Part shown: positions 8,381 to 16,729 of the stretch, piece by piece | How positions within the stretch are numbered: the first letter of the stretch is position 1 | Layout of the letters: each line of letters begins with the position of its first letter | Source of the DNA: an uncultured Paracholeplasma sp. | GTDB taxonomy: Bacteria; Bacillota_I; Bacilli_A; Acholeplasmatales; UBA5453 | Direction: 5' to 3' | Length of the DNA stretch: 56,301 nt | Assembly: GCA_964641335.1 (NCBI GenBank) | Contig: CAZXLG010000001.1 | Coordinates: 1-56,301, forward strand | Program-made: the position numbers and the translations under genes | Notes under the pieces: generated by a model | Databases searched by the model: none | Told to the model about the DNA's origin: nothing | What the model saw: only the letters and a program-made list of their open reading frames with translations

Positions 8381-9046
8381 ATGAAAAAAATCATTAAAAT
8401 ATCGTTAACGGTATTTACAGTATTTTTCTTTCTAGCGGCGGTCCTTTTATTATTGATGGGCACCATGGCGTTACAAGAAAATCGATACTTGAAAATATTC
8501 AACCACACGTATTCTGTTGTCGGGTCTGGGTCGATGGAACCTACAATCATGACCGGTGAATTTATCATCATACGTTATGACAAATACGAGGATGTTTATG
8601 AAGACGTATCCAATGGTGATACACCGATCATCGCCTTTAGAACAGATAAAAATATAGTCCATAGAGCGATTGAAGCAACCCCGGATGGTTTGATCACCAA
8701 AGGGGATAATAATCCTACTCAGGATGCGGGTTTTGTTACTGAAGAGAATTTTACTGGGGTAGTTGTTGCTCATTTCATGTTATTCAGTTTTGGGGACATT
8801 GCTCTAAATTATAAGAATATTGTTTTCTTAGTCATCATCATTTTGTTACTCTTTGTATTACTGCATGAACTTTATAATTTTATTCAAATGATTCGCCAGG
8901 CTCAGGAAAGCAAAATGCTTGAGAAACATGAATTAGAAAAAGAAGCATGGATTAAAGCCGAGAAAGAACGTTTAAGAGTCGAACTTGAAGCAGAGATGAA
9001 AGCTCGTCGAGACGCTGAAAATACGCATAAAAATACCGCCGAATAA
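8381..9046 (+). CDS. sipW: signal peptidase I, SipW/ER-type (S26B), copy 2
   Basis: VVGSGSMEPTIMTGE, IVHRAI, ITKGDNN; flanking TM helices; AAGGAGG RBS. Confidence 0.88.
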   Translation: MKKIIKISLTVFTVFFFLAAVLLLLMGTMALQENRYLKIFNHTYSVVGSGSMEPTIMTGEFIIIRYDKYEDVYEDVSNGDTPIIAFRTDKNIVHRAIEATPDGLITKGDNNPTQDAGFVTEENFTGVVVAHFMLFSFGDIALNYKNIVFLVIIILLLFVLLHELYNFIQMIRQAQESKMLEKHELEKEAWIKAEKERLRVELEAEMKARRDAENTHKNTAE

Positions 9047-9060
9047 GGGCGGTATTTTTT
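9029..9060. terminator. bidirectional intrinsic terminator
   Basis: AAAAATACCGCC / GGCGGTATTTTT between convergent genes. Confidence 0.85.
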
Positions 9061-9120
9061 GTATAATTTTAGCAGTATTTTTGCTTGAATTAATATGAAT
9101 AATCTGTCACATTTATTAAA

Positions 9121-9729
9121 TTACTTTAAGAAAATTCCACGATCCAGAATGCTCATTGCTTCATCAATGATACGGTCGATTTCGGCTTCTGAGATATCCT
9201 TTTTGAAGATAACCTGTAATCCTACGAAGTTTGATATGCCCATGAGTGTATATGATAGTGTTTCTAAGTCTAAATCAGGTCGAATCTCTTTCTTATCGAC
9301 AAAATCTTTAAGGTGTTTGATATAGGAATCTGCGAAGCTTTCATAATAATTTTTGAAGATATCGAAGTCTACAAACAACGATTCCCAAATGATTCGATAG
9401 GCTAGTGGGTCTTTTAAAGCATAGGTGATGAAGGCTTTGATCCCGGCACGTTCGATATCATAACGATGAACTAATCCCTTGGTTGCGTCTGCACTAGACT
9501 TACGAATAGAAACGCGATATAAGTCGAGAATATATAGGTATAGAGCCAACTTGCTATCGAAGTAGATGTAAAAAGTGCCAGCAGCAATCTTTGATTTCGC
9601 AATGATATCATTGATTGAAGTTGCTTGGAATCCATTTTTAGCAAAAAGCTTTTTGCCAGTATTCACAATCTTGTTGAATGTTTTTATACCTGAAGCAGTC
9701 TTCGGGTATCGATGCGTTTCTTTATTCAT
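9121..9729 (-). CDS. TetR/AcrR family transcriptional regulator
   Basis: HTH KLFAKNGFQATSINDIIAKSKIAAGTFYIYFDSK. Start moved to MNKETH based on a GGTGA RBS. Confidence 0.92.
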   Translation of the reverse strand: MNKETHRYPKTASGIKTFNKIVNTGKKLFAKNGFQATSINDIIAKSKIAAGTFYIYFDSKLALYLYILDLYRVSIRKSSADATKGLVHRYDIERAGIKAFITYALKDPLAYRIIWESLFVDFDIFKNYYESFADSYIKHLKDFVDKKEIRPDLDLETLSYTLMGISNFVGLQVIFKKDISEAEIDRIIDEAMSILDRGIFLK

Positions 9730-9853
9730 AGTCATCACCGATTTTATTGTATAGCACAATTCAGTATAACACAAGCATTTTTAATCACATATTTTTCATA
9801 TTTCAAAAATTTGTCCTCCATTAAAGTGTCGTATTTAAGCCCTTATGTGATAC

Positions 9854-10026
9854 ATGAAATTATATTTCATAGATAAAATTAATTCAGTTGTATTAATGGC
9901 TGAATTGGAGTTCACAAATGAGGGTGAATAATTATTTTTATGTAAGCGCTTGACAACTCATTTCCAATCACGTAGAATGAAGATGTGATATGAATTTTTA
10001 TTCACGTAATTATGAACTGAAATCCA
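9854..10026. promoter_or_regulatory. candidate TetR operator array TGAA-N6/7-TTCA
   Basis: TGAA-ATTATAT-TTCA (9855-9869), TGAA-TTGGAG-TTCA (9901-9914), TGAA-TTTTTA-TTCA (9991-10004), TGAA-CTGAAA-TCCA (10013-10026). Confidence 0.5.
9950..9978 (+). promoter_or_regulatory. sigma-70/A promoter of the thiolase operon
   Basis: TTGACA (9950-9955), 17 bp spacer, TAGAAT (9973-9978). Confidence 0.8.
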
Positions 10027-10079
10027 AACTGTTGTTCAGTCAAATAATAATAGACGTAATAAAAATCTAGGAGGATACA

Positions 10080-11288
10080 ATGAACCAAAAAGTTTTTATC
10101 GTTGGTGCAAAAAGAAGCCCGATTGGTGCGTTTCTTGGAACACTTAAAGATCTTCATCCAGTTGAATTAGGTACTCAAGTTCTTAAGAAGCTATTAGCTG
10201 ATTCGAATGTACCTAAAGACAAGATTGATGAAGTCATCGTTGGTAATGTGATCCAAGCAGGACTTGGACAAAACATTGCAAGACAAATTTCTATGAAAGC
10301 AGGACTTTCTGAAGAAATTCCAGCTTATACCTTAAATATGGTTTGTGGCAGTGGTATGAAATCTGTCATGAATGCCTATGTGAGCATTCAAGCTGGGTTC
10401 TCTAATCTAGTTGTCGCTGGTGGTGTTGAATCCATGAGCGGTGCCCCTTATGTCGTGACCTCTAAAATTAGAGATGGCGTTAAGATGGGTGCATTTGACA
10501 TGAAAGACACCATTTTACAAGATGCTTTACATGATTCATTTACCCCTGGTATGCATATGGGAATCACGGCTGAAAATGTCGCAGCAAAACACCAACTTAC
10601 CAGAGAAGAAATGGACTCATTCGCTTTAGGTTCTCAACAAAAGGCCATTCAAGCGGTTGATTCTGGCAGATTTGCTGATGAAATTGTTCCGATTGAAATT
10701 AAATCTAAAAAGGAAACCATCGTATTTGCTAATGACGAATATCCTAACAGAGGTACGAACGCAGAAAAGATGTCAAAATTAAGACCTGCTTTCAAGAATG
10801 ATGGATTAGTCACTGCGGGTAGTTCATCTGGTATCAATGATGGAGCAAGCTTTATCATCTTAGCTTCCGAAGCCATGGTTAAACAATATAACCTTCAAGT
10901 ATTAGGTGAAGTTGTTGCTGTTGGTCAAGGTGGGGTTGATCCAAATCTTATGGGTTTAGGTCCAGTGCCTGCAGTTAAAGATGTTTTAAACAGAGCACAT
11001 ATGAAGTTATCCGATATGGAACTCTTAGAACTCAATGAAGCGTTTGCTGCACAAAGTCTAGGTGTTGTAAATGAACTTGCCGAAGCTCATCACGTATCCA
11101 AAGAATCACTATTAGCAAAAACAAACGTTAATGGTGGTGCGATTGCCTTAGGTCACCCAGTCGGTGTATCTGGCAATAGAATCATCGTAACACTCATCCA
11201 TGAATTAAAGAAACAAGACAAGCATGTTGGCTTAGCAAGCCTATGCATCGGTGGCGGTATGGGTACTGCCATCATCGTCAAACGATAA
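10080..11288 (+). CDS. atoB: acetyl-CoA C-acetyltransferase (thiolase II)
   Basis: NMVCGSG, NEAFAAQ, GGAIALGHPVG, SLCIGGGMG. Confidence 0.95.
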   Translation: MNQKVFIVGAKRSPIGAFLGTLKDLHPVELGTQVLKKLLADSNVPKDKIDEVIVGNVIQAGLGQNIARQISMKAGLSEEIPAYTLNMVCGSGMKSVMNAYVSIQAGFSNLVVAGGVESMSGAPYVVTSKIRDGVKMGAFDMKDTILQDALHDSFTPGMHMGITAENVAAKHQLTREEMDSFALGSQQKAIQAVDSGRFADEIVPIEIKSKKETIVFANDEYPNRGTNAEKMSKLRPAFKNDGLVTAGSSSGINDGASFIILASEAMVKQYNLQVLGEVVAVGQGGVDPNLMGLGPVPAVKDVLNRAHMKLSDMELLELNEAFAAQSLGVVNELAEAHHVSKESLLAKTNVNGGAIALGHPVGVSGNRIIVTLIHELKKQDKHVGLASLCIGGGMGTAIIVKR

Positions 11289-11300
11289 GAGGAGAATAAC

Positions 11301-12020
11301 ATGAAATTACAAGGACAAGTAGCCATCATCACCGGTGGTGCTAAAGGTATTGGTATGGAAATTGCGAAAGCTTTTGCTAAAGAAGGTGCAAAAGTGGTCG
11401 CTGCAGACATGGGCGAAATGACCTATGAATGCGAAAACGTATTTTACAAGAAATTAAACGTCACAGATTCTCAAGGATGCAAAGTATTCTTTGATGAAGT
11501 GATGGCTGAATTCGGTCACATTGACATTTTAGTTAATAATGCGGGTATTACAAAAGATGCGATGACTCGTAAGATGACAGATGAACAATGGGATGCAGTT
11601 ATCAATGTTAACCTTAAAGGTGTATTTAACTTAACACGCCATGTTGGACCACAAATGGAAAATCAAGGTAAAGGTTCGATCATCAATATTTCATCTGTTG
11701 TCGGTGTATTCGGTAACATTGGTCAAGCAAACTATGCAGCGACTAAAGCCGGTGTCATTGGTTTAACCATGACTTGGGCTAAAGAATTTGCACGTAAAGG
11801 TGCGAATGTCCGTGTCAATGCCATCGCTCCAGGGTATGTTATGACAGACATCCTTAAGACTGTGCCACAAGAATTATTGGATGGATTTGCTAAATTAACG
11901 ATGTTAGGTCGTCTTGGACAACCAGAAGAAATCGCAAAAGTTGCCTTATTCTTAGCAAGCGATGATTCATCTTACATCACAGGACAAACATTAAACGTTA
12001 ACGGCGGTATGCGCCTTTAA
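11301..12020 (+). CDS. SDR beta-ketoacyl/acetoacetyl-CoA reductase (FabG/PhaB-like)
   Basis: TGGAKGIG, NNAGIT, GNIGQANYAATK, VNAIAPG. Confidence 0.92.
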   Translation: MKLQGQVAIITGGAKGIGMEIAKAFAKEGAKVVAADMGEMTYECENVFYKKLNVTDSQGCKVFFDEVMAEFGHIDILVNNAGITKDAMTRKMTDEQWDAVINVNLKGVFNLTRHVGPQMENQGKGSIINISSVVGVFGNIGQANYAATKAGVIGLTMTWAKEFARKGANVRVNAIAPGYVMTDILKTVPQELLDGFAKLTMLGRLGQPEEIAKVALFLASDDSSYITGQTLNVNGGMRL

Positions 12021-12102
12021 TTGAATCTAACACTTGCCAAACCTCCGTTTGGCTTGTCGTTCGTTATAAAACCGCCTCTTTAAGGCTAGAAAGGATCTCA
12101 TT

Positions 12103-13137
12103 ATGAAACCATCTGTAGGTATCGTTGGTACAGGTATATACTTACCAAAAGGTAGAATGACTGCGAAAGAAATCGCAGAAAGAACGAATGGCGTTTGGAT
12201 TGAACAAGCCATTGAAGAAAAATTAGGTATTATGGAAAAAATTACGCCAGCTGATCCAGTGATGGATGGTTCCCAAGAAATGGGTGCATTGGCTGCGTTA
12301 GATTGTTTAAAGAACACAGGAGTAGATCCAAAAGAGATTGATGTGATTCTTTGTGTGACAGAAGAATGGAAAGAATATCCACTCACAACCTCTGCATTAT
12401 ATGTTCAAGACCGTATTGGTGCGGTAAATGCCTGGGGTATCGACGTTCAAAACCGTTGCTGCACCACAGTATCCGCGCTTAAAATGGCCAAAGATATGTT
12501 AATCGCAGACGATGATGTCCATATGGTCATGGTTGTTGGGGGTTATCGTAACTTAGACTTCGTGGATTATACCGATAAAAATATGTCCATGATGTATGAC
12601 TTAGCCGCTGGTGGTGGCGCCATCATCCTTAAAAAGAACTATGGTAAAAATTTACTGTTAGGTTCTCACATCATTGGGGATGGATCGTTATCAAGAACTG
12701 CAGGGGTCGAAATTGGGGGTATTTGTAACCCAATTACCAAAGATAATGTTGAAGAAGCGAAGAAGTCTTTAAGATTATTAGACCCAATCAAGATGAAAAA
12801 TCGTTTAAATGAAGTGTCGATGCCAAACTGGTACAAGTGTATTGAAGAATCATTACGCAAATCGAACTTCTCAAAAGAACAATTTTCCAAAGATGGATTC
12901 TTAGCAATCCTTCATATGAAACGTTCAGGCCATGTGTCTTTACTTCAAGATTTAGGATTAAAACCTGAACAATCGATTTATCTAGAAAATTATGGACACA
13001 TTGGTCAGATTGACCAAATCCTCTCCCTACACTTAGCATTACAAAGTGGTCAAGTTAAAGATGGCACAATCGTTTGTATGCTAGCGGCAGGTATTGGTTA
13101 TGTTTGGGCAGCCAATGTCATAAGATGGGGGGCATAA
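12103..13137 (+). CDS. 3-oxoacyl-ACP synthase III (FabH)-like protein, atypical
   Basis: GIVGTGIYLP, NRCCTT (Cys), ILHMKRS (His), ENYGHIGQ, AAGIGYVW. Confidence 0.85.
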   Translation: MKPSVGIVGTGIYLPKGRMTAKEIAERTNGVWIEQAIEEKLGIMEKITPADPVMDGSQEMGALAALDCLKNTGVDPKEIDVILCVTEEWKEYPLTTSALYVQDRIGAVNAWGIDVQNRCCTTVSALKMAKDMLIADDDVHMVMVVGGYRNLDFVDYTDKNMSMMYDLAAGGGAIILKKNYGKNLLLGSHIIGDGSLSRTAGVEIGGICNPITKDNVEEAKKSLRLLDPIKMKNRLNEVSMPNWYKCIEESLRKSNFSKEQFSKDGFLAILHMKRSGHVSLLQDLGLKPEQSIYLENYGHIGQIDQILSLHLALQSGQVKDGTIVCMLAAGIGYVWAANVIRWGA

Positions 13138-13138
13138 G

Positions 13139-14101
13139 ATGCGCGAAATCATTAACCTCTTATTCCTTGGCTTACAAGACTCATCGATACTAGCTTTAGT
13201 TACTTTAGGGATTGTCATTATCTATAAGACGTCTTTCACCACTAACTTTGCTCAAGGGTCGATTGCGACGATTTCTGCTTACTCAGTCACTGCGTTATTT
13301 GACATTTGGTTTAAGGAAATCTTACCTGTAAATCAAGCCTGGATTGGTTTGGTGATCTCCATATTCTTCGGCGTCATCATCGGCGCAGGCTTTGGAGTTT
13401 TCATCGATACGATGATCATCCGAAAATCCAAATATTCGAACCCTGTATCAAAACAAATGATTACCATGGGTATTATTCTCATGATTTCCGGTTTAATCTC
13501 GGTTGTATTTTCTAGTTTAAATATGGAACTTAGAACTCCAAGAGCACTTGTGCCTTGGAATATAACCCTAAAATTTGCAGGACAACCCAATTTAACTTTA
13601 TCAGGTCATGGATTCTTGACCATTGTCATTTCCACCATCGTCATCACAGCGATATTCCTCGCTTTAAAGTATACAAAATGGGGTATTGGTGTTCGTGCAA
13701 CAGCTTCAAATGAAAAAGTAGCTGGAATGATGGGGATTAATACAAAAATGATTACTGCGATGAGCTGGGGATTAGCCGGTGGATTAGGAGCTTTAGCCGC
13801 TAGTTTATACGCACCACTCATCTTCACATTAGGACCAGATATGATGGTCATCATGCAAGTGAATGGCTTCTTAGCCGGCGTCTTAGGTGGTTTCTATACC
13901 TTTGGTGGTCCGATTGCAGCAGCCTTGATGATCACATTTGCAAGAGTCATCATTAAAGACTTACTATTTGGTGTTAACATCAGTATTCTTGGGAGTAACA
14001 TTGACCAATGGGTACTCACATTTGTGTATTTCTTATTACTGATCGTCATCTTAATTAAGCCAGTTGGAATCTTTGGCAAGAAGATTGCGAAGAAGGTGTA
14101 A
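13139..14101 (+). CDS. Liv-type (HAAT) ABC transporter permease, LivH-like
   Basis: Multiple TM helices; NFAQGS; GIGVRATASNEKVAGMMGIN. Confidence 0.9.
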   Translation: MREIINLLFLGLQDSSILALVTLGIVIIYKTSFTTNFAQGSIATISAYSVTALFDIWFKEILPVNQAWIGLVISIFFGVIIGAGFGVFIDTMIIRKSKYSNPVSKQMITMGIILMISGLISVVFSSLNMELRTPRALVPWNITLKFAGQPNLTLSGHGFLTIVISTIVITAIFLALKYTKWGIGVRATASNEKVAGMMGINTKMITAMSWGLAGGLGALAASLYAPLIFTLGPDMMVIMQVNGFLAGVLGGFYTFGGPIAAALMITFARVIIKDLLFGVNISILGSNIDQWVLTFVYFLLLIVILIKPVGIFGKKIAKKV

Positions 14102-14105
14102 GACT

Positions 14106-15146
14106 ATGCAAAATACATTTAAGAATTTGAAAAATAGCCCACTCTTTGGCATCTTCCTATTTACGATTGCGATTGTACTGGTTAGATTACTTGGAAATGC
14201 TGGGATTATTAAACAATCCACCATCGACTTCTTATCCATTGTTTGGATTTACTCGATTGTTGGTTTAGGTTACTCATTATTACTTGGGTACACCGGTTTA
14301 GCCTCCTTAGGGACTGCCGCATTCATTGGTTTAGGAACGTATGTGGTATCATTTGCTGTTGCTAGCGCTGGATTACCCCTCATTGTTGCATTCATCATTG
14401 GGATTGCGATTGCGATAGTCTTAGGGACACTCGTTGGGTTTATCTCCTTGCGTATTGAAGGGATGTACCTTGCTATCATTACCCTAGGATTAGCAGAAAT
14501 CATGATTGAAATCTTTAGAAAAGCCATCAATATTACTAAAGGTAATGAAGGTTTTCAGTTTGAACAATTTAATTTATTCGGATTTATGGAAGGTACAAAC
14601 GCACTTGCTTATCGAAATGTCGTTTACTTCATCGTGATTGCTGTGTTAGTCATTTCGATGATTCTATTCTTGAACATCGTCAATAGCCCTACAGGTAGAG
14701 CGATGTTATCGATTAAAAACTCCACTTCAGCAGCACAAGCGATGGGGATTTCCGTATTAAAATACCGTTTATTAGCCTTCGTTTTAGCCACCATCATGGC
14801 TGTGATTGGTGGAATGCTCTATATGCCATACTTTGAATATACCGAACCGAATATATTTAACTTAGCCGTATCCTTGAATATCTTAGCGGCGGTCATCGTG
14901 GGTGGATCTAAATCCATCTGGGGTGTCACATTGGGGACATTCGTCATTTTCGGTTTAAAAGATATTATTTTAAAACAAATCCCATTCTTTAGAGATAATG
15001 GTAACGCTGTATTCTTCCTCACAGGGGCATTAGTCATCTTAATAGTCATGTATTACCCTGGTGGATTGGTTAAATTATTTGGTGACCTCAAAGTCAAAGC
15101 GACCAATTTGATTAATGATTGGAAAACTAAAGGAGGTAAAGCATGA
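14106..15146 (+). CDS. Liv-type ABC transporter permease, LivM-like
   Basis: LLLGYTGLASLG, YLAIITLG, SPTGRAMLSI, YYPGGL. Start at MQNTFK. Confidence 0.9.
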   Translation: MQNTFKNLKNSPLFGIFLFTIAIVLVRLLGNAGIIKQSTIDFLSIVWIYSIVGLGYSLLLGYTGLASLGTAAFIGLGTYVVSFAVASAGLPLIVAFIIGIAIAIVLGTLVGFISLRIEGMYLAIITLGLAEIMIEIFRKAINITKGNEGFQFEQFNLFGFMEGTNALAYRNVVYFIVIAVLVISMILFLNIVNSPTGRAMLSIKNSTSAAQAMGISVLKYRLLAFVLATIMAVIGGMLYMPYFEYTEPNIFNLAVSLNILAAVIVGGSKSIWGVTLGTFVIFGLKDIILKQIPFFRDNGNAVFFLTGALVILIVMYYPGGLVKLFGDLKVKATNLINDWKTKGGKA

Positions 15147-15955
15147 AAACAGTCGTAACTGAGCATACTTTAGATCCTAAGGTGATTCTAAGTGTTCAAA
15201 ATCTCACCATGAAGTTTGGTGGATTAATCGCCGTAGACAACTTATCTTTCGACGTCAAAGAAGGCGAAATCTTTGGTTTAATTGGACCCAACGGGGCTGG
15301 TAAAACCACCGTATTCAACTGTATTACTCAATTCTACAAACCAACCAGTGGAGAACTCATCTACCGCGATAATCAATCTAAGGTAGTTAAACTCAACCAC
15401 ATCAAAGTTCACAATGTCATCAAACATGGAATTGTCAGAACCTTCCAAAACGTGGAATTGATTTGGGAATTAAACATTCTTGAAAACCTACTCATTGCAG
15501 GACATACCCTTTATAAATCCAATTTCTTCGATCATTTGTTACATACACCACGATACAAAAAAGAAGAAAAAGCGATTAAAGAAAAGGCATTAAAAATTCT
15601 CAATGACCTCGGATTAACACAATATATGTATTTCTATCCACTTGGTTTACCATATGGTGTACTCAAACTCATCGAACTTGCAAGAACGTTGATGGCCAAT
15701 CCAAAACTCATTATTTTGGATGAACCAGCCGCTGGGTTAAACGATTTAGAAACAGAAAAATTGACAGAAACCATTCGTAAAATTCAAAAAGAATACGCAT
15801 GCACGATTTTCTTAGTAGAACACGATATGGGCTTAGTCATGAAGTTGTGTGATACCATTTGTGCCATTTCCTTTGGTAAGAAATTAGCCATTGGTACCCC
15901 AGCACAAATCAAGAAGGACCCTGTGGTCCAAGAAGCTTACTTGGGGGGAGAATAA
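15143..15955 (+). CDS. Liv-type ABC transporter ATP-binding protein, LivG-like
   Basis: [35 protein letters not shown]. Confidence 0.93.
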   Translation: MKTVVTEHTLDPKVILSVQNLTMKFGGLIAVDNLSFDVKEGEIFGLIGPNGAGKTTVFNCITQFYKPTSGELIYRDNQSKVVKLNHIKVHNVIKHGIVRTFQNVELIWELNILENLLIAGHTLYKSNFFDHLLHTPRYKKEEKAIKEKALKILNDLGLTQYMYFYPLGLPYGVLKLIELARTLMANPKLIILDEPAAGLNDLETEKLTETIRKIQKEYACTIFLVEHDMGLVMKLCDTICAISFGKKLAIGTPAQIKKDPVVQEAYLGGE

Positions 15956-15957
15956 TC

Positions 15958-16665
15958 ATGGCACTATTAGAAATTAAAGATTTAGTCATTGATTATGGCA
16001 TCATCAAGGCAGTTAAAGGGATTCACATCGATGTTCAACCAGGCACCATTGTTGCGTTACTTGGCGCAAACGGTGCAGGTAAATCCTCACTCATTCGCTC
16101 AATATCCGGAGCTGTCAAAGTGAAATCCGGAGAAATTCTCTATCAAGGGAAAAATATCGCGAACTTAGACACCCATAAGATTTCTGAAATGGGCATCAAA
16201 CAATCCCCTGAAGGACGTATGATTTTTGCGGGATTGACTGTTGAAGAAAACTTATTAGCCGGGGCTTATACGGTTAAAAAAACAGATATTCCAAAATTAT
16301 TCGATGAAGTTTATGGGTATTTCCCAGTCTTAAAAGAAAGAAGAAAACAACAAGCTTCAACACTCTCAGGGGGCGAACAACAAATGTTAGCCATCGGTAG
16401 AGCACTTATGGGTAATCCAGAAGTCTTATTGTTAGATGAACCCTCGTTAGGACTGGCACCACTCATTGTTCGTAATATCTTTGAAATCATCAAGAAGATT
16501 AAAGAACGTGGAAAAACCATTTTAATAGTAGAACAAAATGCGTTACAAACCCTTAAAATCGCTGACTATGCTTACATCCTTGAATTAGGTAAGATTGTTG
16601 GTGAAGGTTCAGGTCAAACCCTATTAGCTGACGAAAAACTCGTCAATGCCTACTTAGGTTCTTAA
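15958..16665 (+). CDS. Liv-type ABC transporter ATP-binding protein, LivF-like
   Basis: GANGAGKSS, SPEGR, LSGGEQQM, LDEPSLG, VEQN. Confidence 0.93.
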   Translation: MALLEIKDLVIDYGIIKAVKGIHIDVQPGTIVALLGANGAGKSSLIRSISGAVKVKSGEILYQGKNIANLDTHKISEMGIKQSPEGRMIFAGLTVEENLLAGAYTVKKTDIPKLFDEVYGYFPVLKERRKQQASTLSGGEQQMLAIGRALMGNPEVLLLDEPSLGLAPLIVRNIFEIIKKIKERGKTILIVEQNALQTLKIADYAYILELGKIVGEGSGQTLLADEKLVNAYLGS

Positions 16666-16729
16666 ATTAGGTTTCTAGTTTCAAACGAAACGATAATATA
16701 TGCCAAAAGGCAAGAAAAAGGAGAAAAAT

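Noticed and set aside
10080-12020. PHA biosynthesis (phaAB-phaC) operon
   Set aside because: No PHA synthase or phasin in the window; both hydrolases have Ser (GxSxG) nucleophiles, and an importer is present.
12036-12053. Hairpin GCCAAAC-CTCC-GTTTGGC as a terminator
   Set aside because: Short stem with no U-tract; at most a processing or stability element.
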